Both the position numbers and the translations under genes were made by a program. A stretch of 56,364 bases of DNA from an uncultured archaeon. GTDB lineage: Archaea; Aenigmatarchaeota; Aenigmatarchaeia; CG10238-14; SCSR01. The stretch spans positions 1 through 56,364 of the forward strand of contig CAYNTH010000004.1 in assembly GCA_964400475.1 (NCBI GenBank), written 5' to 3'. The notes under the pieces were generated by a model that saw only the letters and a list, made by a program, of their open reading frames with translations, was not told where the DNA came from and ran no database searches. This document shows positions 1 to 8,781 of this stretch, piece by piece; the first letter of the stretch is position 1, and every line of letters begins with the position of its first letter.

Positions 1-1
1 G

Positions 2-85
2 CGCCCAGGGCGAGATTTGAACTCGCACGGACGGTTGTCCGCTAGCTTAGCAGGCTAGTGCAATACCGGATTATGCGACCTGGGC
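2..85 (-). tRNA. tRNA-Ser (anticodon GCT)
   Basis: Reverse complement folds as GCCCAGG/CCTGGGC acceptor stem, CTAGC-CT-GCT-AA-GCTAG anticodon arm, long variable arm CGGAC-AACC-GTCCG and a TTCAAAT T-loop. Confidence 0.95.
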
Positions 86-182
86 ATGATTATTGAATTG
101 TGTTCTAAGTTTAAATCTAATGATAAATATTAATTTCTAATATACCTAATAATAAGTACGGATATTTAATAGGTGATAATTA

Positions 183-473
183 ATGGCAATAAGCGTGAAA
201 GATATAGGAGAGATGTTCGGTAAAGATGTTTTCACTAACAAGGGTTATTACGCAGGTAAGGTCTCGGATATGGAATTTGATTTATCACGATTCAAGGTAA
301 GATCCGTTATAATCGAAGCTTCCAAAGAAGGAGTTCTGGGTAGGATGGTCGGAGGTAAGAAGGGAGTTATAGTTCCTTTCCCAATGGTCCAATCGATCGG
401 GGATGTGTTGATAATCAAACACATAACGAATGTTCCCGGTGTAGACACCGAATCAGAACTAGAGACTGAATAA
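183..473 (+). CDS. PRC-barrel domain protein (CdpB-like cell-division candidate)
   Basis: 96 aa with PRC-barrel pattern 'GKDVFTNKGYYAGKVSD...IVPFPMVQSIGDVLII'; GGTGA SD upstream; convergent with ftsZ. Confidence 0.8.
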   Translation: MAISVKDIGEMFGKDVFTNKGYYAGKVSDMEFDLSRFKVRSVIIEASKEGVLGRMVGGKKGVIVPFPMVQSIGDVLIIKHITNVPGVDTESELETE

Positions 474-562
474 AACGATTCGAGGATATCGAATCCCCCT
501 TATTTTATTTTTAATTATATTCATACGTACGTTCATCGGTACGCACCTGATTCTAACAAGTT

Positions 563-609
563 AAAAAAAAGAAAAGTTAAAGTGTCTCCTCAAACAACAA
601 AGGGAGACA
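563..609 (-). terminator. Stem-loop plus U-tract downstream of ftsZ
   Basis: TGTCTCCT...AGGGAGACA inverted repeat (583-609) followed on the minus strand by CTTTAACTTTTCTTTTTTTT. Confidence 0.55.
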
Positions 610-646
610 TCAAATTATTTCGATTAGGTCGACCTAAAGACATCAT

Positions 647-1795
647 CTATTTTATGACATCTATTCCCAAAGTTTGGCTTATTTCCTTGACAACAGGTTT
701 CTCATAGCTAACAGGTCCCAATATGTATGGTGATTTTACACCTGTTATTATGCTGATCACTTGGATCTTGCCCTCGAATTCCGGCAGTATTCTAGCACCC
801 CAGAAAACTTGAGCTGATGGGTCCAGATTCTCACCAACGGATTCACCTATCATGCTTACCTCGTCGAGTCGCATATCAGGTCCGCCCGTTATGTGGATCA
901 ATGCTCCCGCAGCACCTGTATAGTCTACTTCCAATAATGGGTTCTTCAATGCCTTTGTAATAGCGTCTTTTGCACGATCGCTACTGTTGCTTTCACCCAC
1001 ACCAATTGCTGCTACGCCACCTGCGTTCATTACAGCCCTGACATCTGCATAATCCAGATTGACCAGACTTGGTAGTGTGATAGTTTCAGTTATACCTTTT
1101 ACCATGCTTGCAATCAATTCATCTGCGACTGCAAATGCCTGCTGGATTGAAAGGTTCCCCGCATATTTCAGCAACTTGTCGTTCTCTATTACTATAGCAG
1201 TATCACAAACCTGTCTAAGAGATGCCAGACCATCTTCTGCCTTGGCTATCCTAGAACCTTCCAGTTTGAATGGCATTGTAACTACTGCCAATACTATGGC
1301 ACCTTGCTGTTTACCCATTTCGCAAACAACAGGAATGCTACCTGTACCTGTACCTTTGCCGAGTCCAGCTACTGCGAAAACGAGATCAGCACCCTCTATG
1401 GCATCCTTGATCTCATTCCTGCTCTCCTCAGCACATTTCTTACCAACTTCAGGATATCCGCCACATCCCAAACCCCTAGTCAGTTCCTTACCGATCAGTA
1501 TCTTCTTGTCGGATTTACCAACCGCCAGGTGCTTTGCATCGGAGTTCAACGAGACCGTTGAAGCTCCCTCGATTCCTATCTCCGTCAATCGCGTGACCGC
1601 GTTCTGACCTGCGCCACCGCAGCCCACTACAATGATTTTCGCCTTCTTGACCGAGAACCCGAATTCCTGCTCCGCCAGCTTGTAATAGTCTACATTGCTG
1701 TACGTAGCACCCGAATTGCTCTCTAACTTGAATTTGTCCTGTGGGACATCCTTAGTTTGACCTTTGCTTAAAGCGTTCTTAACTATTGAATTCAT
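647..1795 (-). CDS. ftsZ: Cell division protein FtsZ (FtsZ2-like)
   Basis: VVGCGGAGQNAV, GLGKGTGTG signature variant, T7 loop NLDYAD, C-terminal LGIDVIK typical of archaeal FtsZ2. Start moved to ATG 1795 after a GGAGG SD. Confidence 0.95.
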   Translation of the reverse strand: MNSIVKNALSKGQTKDVPQDKFKLESNSGATYSNVDYYKLAEQEFGFSVKKAKIIVVGCGGAGQNAVTRLTEIGIEGASTVSLNSDAKHLAVGKSDKKILIGKELTRGLGCGGYPEVGKKCAEESRNEIKDAIEGADLVFAVAGLGKGTGTGSIPVVCEMGKQQGAIVLAVVTMPFKLEGSRIAKAEDGLASLRQVCDTAIVIENDKLLKYAGNLSIQQAFAVADELIASMVKGITETITLPSLVNLDYADVRAVMNAGGVAAIGVGESNSSDRAKDAITKALKNPLLEVDYTGAAGALIHITGGPDMRLDEVSMIGESVGENLDPSAQVFWGARILPEFEGKIQVISIITGVKSPYILGPVSYEKPVVKEISQTLGIDVIK

Positions 1796-2446
1796 TTTCT
1801 TTACACATCCTCCTTTTTTATATCCTATAACATATATTCTTAACAAGCGAAAACTCTTTATTAAGAGCTCCACTTATTATTACTACAAGAAAAAGTTAAA
1901 TAGAACCAACCGTACCTTAACCCCGTACCAAAATCCTATTTACTTTTTTGTTAATCGATATTTAAATTCTTTTGTATTCTGCCTTCTATATGTTTCTAAA
2001 TGCGTTTTAGGAAAGCATGTTCTCAAGTATATACTTTTCACGCGGGTCTCTTTGAAAAAATATATTGTACAGTATATATTTTTTTAGCAACCCCCATAAT
2101 TACTATGGAAAGACATATATATTATAGAATATAATAAATGATATTCTATAAAGCATATATTACATAAAATAATATTACCCATTGCTGACCGGCAGAAATA
2201 ATATATAACTAATACGCTAACCGTCTTTTCGGAATCACCGCTATTTCACATATATACCGAACTACATAGATATAGGGATAATTTTAAATATCCAACCATA
2301 CTAATTTAACAAAGGTGAATGAAATGAAAGGTGAATGTTTTAATATTCGCTCAAACTGATTCTTGTCTAGACATTCCACCATTCACAAAATCAAAACGAA
2401 CTAGAGATATTTCTAGATTACTTAACAACATTTGGAGGTGTTATTA

Positions 2447-3413
2447 GTGAAGGCTATGGATAAAAAAGGGGAATATCGGAATCTGGTCTGAGTCCGATTT
2501 ACGAAAAAGAAGATCAATATTTAGAATACAAGGCGAAATAGTACGTTCGTCAAGAGAATTCCTTGAAAAAGAGGGATTCCTGGAAGTTCTCCCCCCGATA
2601 TTCGAAACATTTACAGACACGGGTATAGGTGATGCGGAGTTCTTCGAAATAGACTATTACGGCAAGCGCTACAAACTGATGAGCGCATTGACCATACACA
2701 AGCCCATACTTGTTACAAATTTGGGTGACATGTTCTCGTTCATGCCTTGTTCCAGGAAAGAACCGGCAGAATTGAAGAATATCAAAAGACACCTGTCCCA
2801 ATTCTACCAGATAGAGGTGGAGATGGAGGGTGGATTCGACAGGGCTGTTGACGAACTTGAGAAGATGACCAAATATATCATAGACAATGTGATAGACAGG
2901 TGTGCGGATGAACTCGACATTCTCGACAGGGATTTGAGCAGCCCGTCCATACCATTCAAGAGGATATCATACCAAGAAGCTGTCAAGATGGCAAAGGATA
3001 TCGGTATGGATATAACCGAGGATAATCCGATAGACTGGGATGTTGAGAAGAGATTGTCCGAACACATAGGAGAACCGTTTTTCCTAACAAGATTCCCTTC
3101 CAGGCTGATATCCGATAGGGGATTCTTGTACAAGGTCGACGGTAAAGAACTATTAGATTTTGACTTGATACTGCCAGAAGGACATGGTGAAGTATCGTCC
3201 GGGAGCGAACGCGAATTCGAATACGATAAAATAGTGGAGAAAATAGGTAGGGATCAGATAAAATCATTTAAATCTTACCTAGATATAATTAAATCAGGAC
3301 TCAAGCCTACATCGGGATTCGGTGTCGGTGTTGAGAGGTTGACTAAATTCATTTGTGGATTGGACGATATCTCAGAAGCTTCACCTTTTCCAAAGGTACC
3401 TGGAGTATCATAA
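2447..3413 (+). CDS. Archaeal asparagine synthetase A (AsnRS-like catalytic core, no anticodon domain); start out of frame with the main ORF
   Basis: The frame of ORF 2679..3413 stays open from 2451 with homologous-looking sequence (IFRIQGEIVRSSREFLEKEGFLEVLPP). Motifs RHLSQFYQIEVE, DLILPEGHGEVSSGSEREFEY, SGFGVGVERL, PFPKVPG match AS-AR proteins. The SD-linked GTG2447/ATG2456 is in a different frame. Confidence 0.8.
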
Positions 3414-3434
3414 ATTTACAAAAAAGGAGGAGAT

Positions 3435-4766
3435 ATGATGAAGAAAGAAGACGTAGAAATAGGTCCAGACGATATTGTAGAAATAAAGGACATAAAAGAA
3501 GGTAAAAAGAAGGGAAAAGTTAGGATCCGGGGGTGGATGGAGAATCAGAGGTCTAGTGGTGGGATACAGTTCCTGATACTAAGAGACAGGACTGGGAGGA
3601 TCCAATGCACGCTAGAAGAGAATGATGTGAATAAGAAATTATTCGAGGAGATGGACGATATTCAGCCTGAATCAGTTTTGGCAATAGAAGGAGAGGCCAA
3701 GAAGGACGATAGGGCTCCTGGTGGATATGAAATATCCGCTGACGAGATTGTCATAATATCCAAATCATTACCGGACTGGCCTATAGCCAAGAAGGAACAT
3801 GGACTCGAATTCCTACTGGATAATAGACATCTATGGCTGAGAAGCGAACAGATGCAGGCCATGCTCAAGATAAGGTCGAAAGTGATAAACATTGCCAGGA
3901 GATGGTTGTTGGATCACGGTTACTACGAGTTCCAATCGCCGATATTCATCTCAGCTGCGTGTGAAGGTGGATCTACTCTGTTCCCTGTGGAATATTTCGG
4001 GAAAGATGCGTACCTCACACAGAGTTGGCAGCTCTATGCGGAATCTGCCATATCGAGTATAGGCAAGATATTCACGGTTGCCCCGAGTTTCCGCGCGGAA
4101 AAATCGAGGACTAGAAGACACCTCACGGAATTCTGGCACCTGGAAGTAGAGGAACCTTTCTGTGATCTAGAAGGGACCATGAAGATGCAGGAAGAGTTCG
4201 TATCGCACATAGCCAACACACTGGCTAAGGAAATGCCCGAGGAATTGAAGAAATTCGGACGTGACCCAGAGGTACTGATGAACGTCAAACCGCCGTTCAA
4301 GAAAATAACCTACGACAAAGCGATAGAGATAATAAACAAAGAGGGCGGGGATGTCGAGTGGGGTGACGATCTCACATGGACGGATGAGAAGATATTGACA
4401 GAGAAACACAAAGTACCGTTCTTCGTTTACAAATATCCGAAAGGTGTGAAAGCATTCTACCACAAACCAGATCCTGAAAATTCTAAGGTCACGCTGTCAG
4501 CAGACTTGTTGGCACCAGAAGGATACGGGGAGTTGATAGGTGGTGGACAGAGAACACACGATTACGACCAGATGATGAAGAGGATAGACGAGGATGGATT
4601 GAATCCAGAGGATTATGAGTGGTATATAGACCTCAGGAGATGGGGCACTGTACCGCATTCGGGATTCGGGATGGGCATCGAGAGACTAATAATGTGGTTG
4701 CTGAAATTGGATCACATCAGAGATGCTATAGCGTTTCCAAGAACTATGACAAGAGCGAGGCCATAA
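3435..4766 (+). CDS. asnS: Asparaginyl-tRNA synthetase
   Basis: OB-fold anticodon domain (VRIRGWM...FLILRD), CEGGSTLF, FRAEKSRTRRHLTEFWHLEVE, motif 3 PHSGFGMGIERL. Confidence 0.93.
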   Translation: MMKKEDVEIGPDDIVEIKDIKEGKKKGKVRIRGWMENQRSSGGIQFLILRDRTGRIQCTLEENDVNKKLFEEMDDIQPESVLAIEGEAKKDDRAPGGYEISADEIVIISKSLPDWPIAKKEHGLEFLLDNRHLWLRSEQMQAMLKIRSKVINIARRWLLDHGYYEFQSPIFISAACEGGSTLFPVEYFGKDAYLTQSWQLYAESAISSIGKIFTVAPSFRAEKSRTRRHLTEFWHLEVEEPFCDLEGTMKMQEEFVSHIANTLAKEMPEELKKFGRDPEVLMNVKPPFKKITYDKAIEIINKEGGDVEWGDDLTWTDEKILTEKHKVPFFVYKYPKGVKAFYHKPDPENSKVTLSADLLAPEGYGELIGGGQRTHDYDQMMKRIDEDGLNPEDYEWYIDLRRWGTVPHSGFGMGIERLIMWLLKLDHIRDAIAFPRTMTRARP

Positions 4767-4847
4767 ACTCGCCTTTCCTTTCTTTTTTTATTTTTAGAAA
4801 GGAATTTAATTTAAATAAGATAAGAGATAATCTAATTTAGTAAAAAG

Positions 4848-4919
4848 GCCCCAGTAGCTCAGTGGTAGAGCGTCTGGCTGTTAACCAGTAGGCCATCGGT
4901 TCGAGTCCGATCTGGGGCG
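4848..4919 (+). tRNA. tRNA-Asn (anticodon GTT)
   Basis: GCCCCAG/CTGGGGC acceptor, GCTC/GAGC D-stem, CT-GTT-AA loop, ATCGG-TTCGAGT-CCGAT T-arm. Confidence 0.96.
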
Positions 4920-4937
4920 CTGTCATTCTATTTTGAA

Positions 4938-5666
4938 TCATTTGTTAATCTCAAATATTTTCCTAATATACCCAATTTCTTCCCTTATGAATTCCAAATT
5001 ACAATGATTCAGATCCTCCTCCACTACGAACGGGACATCGAGTTTCTTGATAGGCATTATCGATGAGATGAATTCATCATCACACTCTCTTAATGGTAGG
5101 TGGGTCACACCATTCTTACCCCCACTAAGATGTATCTGGGATATATTGCCCTTGAATTCATCAATATACTTAATCGTCTCGTGCTTGGACCATGTGAATG
5201 AATGTGTAACATCCAGACACAACTTCATCTTACTATGTTTTTCCAACAACCTCTTCATATCCATCAAAGATACCTCGCTTATATCAGAAAGGTTCTCGAG
5301 AGAGATATGGAAATTATAATCATCCAAGATGTCCGAGCTCGGTAATTCATTCGGGTGCACGACAACTGTTTTAGCTCCGATTTTATCGTATACATGCCCG
5401 ATCTTGTCCAACTGCATCCTAAGTTCTTCATCATCAAAAGAATGACTCACCATCCTAAAAGGGGCGTGTATCGATTTGTATGGCAGGGATTTCAAGATGT
5501 CCATTTGAGAATCGTTCAACTCAAATCTCATAACATCTTCCTTCCTGGCCAATGTTATCTCCACGCCCTGAACACCCAATGCCTTAACGTATTCCAATAA
5601 TTCCGCTATATTCCCGGTTTCGGACCACATCCATATGGTGCCCAGAGACAAACTCAAAATTTTCAT
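4938..5666 (-). CDS. Sugar phosphate isomerase/epimerase / AP-endonuclease-2 family TIM barrel
   Basis: Metal-binding pattern HAPF, VVVHP, SLENL, LDVTHS, QIHLSG, HLPL, VVEE. Confidence 0.75.
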   Translation of the reverse strand: MKILSLSLGTIWMWSETGNIAELLEYVKALGVQGVEITLARKEDVMRFELNDSQMDILKSLPYKSIHAPFRMVSHSFDDEELRMQLDKIGHVYDKIGAKTVVVHPNELPSSDILDDYNFHISLENLSDISEVSLMDMKRLLEKHSKMKLCLDVTHSFTWSKHETIKYIDEFKGNISQIHLSGGKNGVTHLPLRECDDEFISSIMPIKKLDVPFVVEEDLNHCNLEFIREEIGYIRKIFEINK

Positions 5667-5726
5667 AAATTAATTAATATTAATTAGCTAATAAGTAACT
5701 AAATCCAAAAATAAAACACGGATAAA

Positions 5727-5800
5727 GGGCCCGTAGCTTAACTTGGATAGAGCCGCTGGCTTCGGACCAGCTAATCAGGGTTCAAATCCCTGCGGGCTCA
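5727..5800 (+). tRNA. tRNA-Arg (anticodon TCG)
   Basis: GGGCCCG/CGGGCTC acceptor, GCTGG-CT-TCG-GA-CCAGC anticodon arm, CAGGG-TTCAAAT-CCCTG T-arm. Confidence 0.95.
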
Positions 5801-5829
5801 CTAATCCCCGTAATTGCCCGATTCATAAA

Positions 5830-6048
5830 TCACTCTTTTCTCAAGGACCATACGGACTTCCCAGTCACCAGCATGTAAACAGCAGTCGCGATTATCATCA
5901 AAATTATCAGACTTCCCATAAAGGTGAACATGCTACCACCGAACCCGCCTATGGCACGAATCCAAAACAAACCTATCACAGTGGAGATTATCAAAAATAT
6001 CAAAGAATACCATCTGGGGATTTGTAGTGAATACTTTACCATACCCAA
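5830..6048 (-). CDS. Small two-TM membrane protein, function unknown
   Basis: 72 aa with two hydrophobic stretches; fills the gap between two tRNAs. Confidence 0.55.
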   Translation of the reverse strand: MGMVKYSLQIPRWYSLIFLIISTVIGLFWIRAIGGFGGSMFTFMGSLIILMIIATAVYMLVTGKSVWSLRKE

Positions 6049-6131
6049 TATTTTGATAAAATCTCCTTATATTTGTTATTTCACGATTGTAGAAAACATT
6101 TTTATAATCTAAAAGAATAGATTCTCTATAA

Positions 6132-6239
6132 GCTCCCGTTGTCTAGCCCGGCCATATGTTATGCCGAAAGGATTCCTGCCTCTCGCGCATTATTTTGCGG
6201 GGATAGCAGGAGACGCGGGTTCAAATCCCGCCGGGAGCA
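6132..6239 (+). tRNA. tRNA-Glu (anticodon CTC) with two introns (D-loop 6155-6168; canonical 37/38 6186-6204)
   Basis: GCTCCCG/CGGGAGC acceptor. Removing 14 and 19 nt gives a 75-nt cloverleaf with D-loop AGCCCGGCCAA and CCTGC-CT-CTC-GA-GCAGG anticodon arm. Both introns form bulge-helix-bulge motifs. Confidence 0.9.
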
Positions 6240-6435
6240 TTCAATATAATTCCACCCAATATTTACAAATTCTTTCAAAACATTCCATTATCCCCGTATG
6301 ATCGAGATATGATATGTTGATTTTTAAGATACTAACCGCTTTAGCACGTCTTTAGAATACAGAACAACCCATATACGAATATCCTAAAATACATTCATGT
6401 GAAAAAATAAGCCACACATGATGAAGACACGCGGT

Positions 6436-7713
6436 TCACTTACGATTGATTAGAAAATATGCGAACATGCTGATTGCGATCAAAAATGCACCAATTACGA
6501 TTGATTCTAAACTAAGGTGTGTGACCAATAACAATGATGATAATACACCGAAGAATGGTATCAGCGGGAACTTTCCTATATTCAGAGGTGCTTTAAACAT
6601 CCTTTTCAATTTCGGTGACTTGTATCGGAGAATTATCGCGGACAGATTGACGAAAATGAAAATTAAAAAGACCCCAAAATCGGTGACACTCGCAACTGTT
6701 TTGATATTCCCAATGGTTACAAATATGATCGAAAATATCATTACGGTCAATGTGGCCATCCATGGAGTTCCCCGTTTCTCGTGGACATTCGATAATATTT
6801 TTGGTAGCGATTTATCCATACTCATGCCGTAGATCGCACGTGACCCAACTATTGTGCATATGAGAACAGTATTTGCGGTTGCGAAAAGAGCTATCACGGA
6901 CATTATTAAAAACGCACTGTCCCCTAAAACAGTTGAAGCCGCAAGTGCCAAGGGTGCATCAGAAACCCCCAAATCTCTCCAGTCAGCCAGACTAACCACG
7001 GATATTGATACTAAAATATAAACCAGGGTCGTTATCAACACAGATGCCAAAAGTGCTATGGGCACGTTACGCTTGGCATCCTTCACCTCTTCAGTTATAT
7101 TGGCGAGATCCTCGAATCCTATGTAAGCAAAAAATATGAGTGCTGATGTACTCAATACCCCGGATATACCATTCGGCATTTCCATGTAATTCACTGAACC
7201 TATGCGTCCTGAAAACAGGGCAATTCCTATTATTATAACAAGCCCGATAATTTCGACCAATGTAAAGATGACGTTTATCTTTGTGGATTCACCAATCCCC
7301 AAAAATCCGATAAAAGACGCTACAACAATGAGCGCAACTGCTGTTGGTATAATCGGTGTGCCAGCCAGGACATTGAAATATCCTGCAAAGCCAAGAGATA
7401 CTGCTGATGCTGCTATTATACTTACTGAAAAAGTGAACCAGCCGATTATAAATGCTATAAAATTGTTATCGAAGGCATTTTTTACATATATGTATTCTGC
7501 CGCCGCTTTAGGGAACATCGACACAAGCTCCATGTAGCTCATCCCAGTAAACGAACTCACCAATGCGGATATCAGGAAAGATAACCATAATGAATTTCCG
7601 GCAATTCCTGCAGCCTCGCCTATTAGCGCATAAATACCCGCGCCCAGAATAATCCCCACACCGTAGAATATGGCACTGATTAAATTAACATTCTTTTTTA
7701 GTTTCGGTTTCAT
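6436..7713 (-). CDS. APC-family amino acid permease
   Basis: 425 aa with about 12 TM segments; GIILGAGIY (TM1) and FFAYIGFEDLANITEE (TM6) motifs. Confidence 0.92.
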   Translation of the reverse strand: MKPKLKKNVNLISAIFYGVGIILGAGIYALIGEAAGIAGNSLWLSFLISALVSSFTGMSYMELVSMFPKAAAEYIYVKNAFDNNFIAFIIGWFTFSVSIIAASAVSLGFAGYFNVLAGTPIIPTAVALIVVASFIGFLGIGESTKINVIFTLVEIIGLVIIIGIALFSGRIGSVNYMEMPNGISGVLSTSALIFFAYIGFEDLANITEEVKDAKRNVPIALLASVLITTLVYILVSISVVSLADWRDLGVSDAPLALAASTVLGDSAFLIMSVIALFATANTVLICTIVGSRAIYGMSMDKSLPKILSNVHEKRGTPWMATLTVMIFSIIFVTIGNIKTVASVTDFGVFLIFIFVNLSAIILRYKSPKLKRMFKAPLNIGKFPLIPFFGVLSSLLLVTHLSLESIVIGAFLIAISMFAYFLINRK

Positions 7714-7764
7714 ATTATTATTTTAAAATATGTCTTAAAAAGATATGACCGTGCCAGTGATAAA

Positions 7765-7986
7765 ATGAAATACAGAGTATCAGTTAAATTCCACAGGGAT
7801 TTCATAGATGTGGACGAGGAGGAGAAGGAGATAACGATCGGTGTTAAAGCGAAACCCACTAAAGGGAAGGCAAATCGAGAAATAATAAAGAAGATAGCTG
7901 ATTATTTTGGCGTATCGTCTGCATATGTGCACATAGTGCACGGCGGGAAATCGAGGAAAAAGATGGTAGAAATCATAAAAGAATAG
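7765..7986 (+). CDS. DUF167 / UPF0235 (YggU-like) protein
   Basis: VKAKPTKGKANREIIKKIADYFGV...VHIVHGGKSRKK pattern. Confidence 0.85.
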   Translation: MKYRVSVKFHRDFIDVDEEEKEITIGVKAKPTKGKANREIIKKIADYFGVSSAYVHIVHGGKSRKKMVEIIKE

Positions 7987-8002
7987 AAATCCAATTCTTA
8001 TT

Positions 8003-8650
8003 ATGGGTAAAAGATTCCAAGCTATAATTTTCGACAAGGACGGGGTATTGATAGATTCTTTTGACAGCTGTTTCACGGCATTCAACAAGACTCTGGGAGA
8101 ATTCGGAAAACCGAAGATGACCGAAGAGGAGTTCCTAAACGAATGTTGGGGTATAAAGATAGACAATAACATAGACAGAATATTTCGCAAGAAATCCGGA
8201 TCTGAGAAGAAACGGATATCGGAATATTACAGAAAGGAAAGGATGATGGTGGAAAAGTTGACAAAATTATATCCGAACGTTGTCGATGTTCTGGAAGAAT
8301 TGGAAAACGATTACAAGCTGGGGGTAGTCACCAGCAGTTACAAGGACCTGGCAGAAGAAGTACTGGAAGATTTCGGAATAAAGAAATATTTCGAGGTTAT
8401 TGTGGGCGGGGATGAGACCGAACCGAAACCGAGTCCGAAACCCATAATCAAGGCTTGCAAGAAAATGGAAGTCGAAACGAACAAAACGCTCTACATAGGA
8501 GATACCGACCCTGACATAGGCGCGGCCAAGGCGGCGGGGTGTATATTGGCGATGTTGACAACTTCTAAGAATAAGGAAGATCTGGAAAAGATAGGGGATA
8601 TGATGATTATAGATGATATAATGGAAGTACTCAACATAGTGACTTTATAA
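8003..8650 (+). CDS. HAD-superfamily hydrolase (phosphoglycolate phosphatase-like)
   Basis: Motif I IIFDKDGVLIDS, motif II VVTS, motif III KPSP, motif IV YIGDTDPD. Confidence 0.9.
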   Translation: MGKRFQAIIFDKDGVLIDSFDSCFTAFNKTLGEFGKPKMTEEEFLNECWGIKIDNNIDRIFRKKSGSEKKRISEYYRKERMMVEKLTKLYPNVVDVLEELENDYKLGVVTSSYKDLAEEVLEDFGIKKYFEVIVGGDETEPKPSPKPIIKACKKMEVETNKTLYIGDTDPDIGAAKAAGCILAMLTTSKNKEDLEKIGDMMIIDDIMEVLNIVTL

Positions 8651-8676
8651 ACTCCAACGTCATTATTATCTATCAC

Positions 8677-8762
8677 GCAGGGGTCCGATAGTCAGGTCAA
8701 TTCGGCTGGGTTTAGGCCCCAGTGGCTTAGTGCCTCCGTGAGTTCGAATCTCACCCCCTGCA
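8677..8762 (+). tRNA. tRNA-Leu (anticodon TAG)
   Basis: GCAGGGG/CCCCTGC acceptor, CTGGG-TT-TAG-GC-CCCAG anticodon arm, long variable arm, GTGAG-TTCGAAT-CTCAC T-arm. Confidence 0.93.
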
Positions 8763-8781
8763 CTTGTAGATTATTCATTTT

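Noticed and set aside
1875-2310. Possible replication origin
   Set aside because: AT-rich, but there are no recognisable ORB boxes and no cdc6/orc1 neighbour.
5743-6027. 94-aa ORF starting inside tRNA-Arg
   Set aside because: It overlaps a clear tRNA and an antisense membrane-protein ORF.
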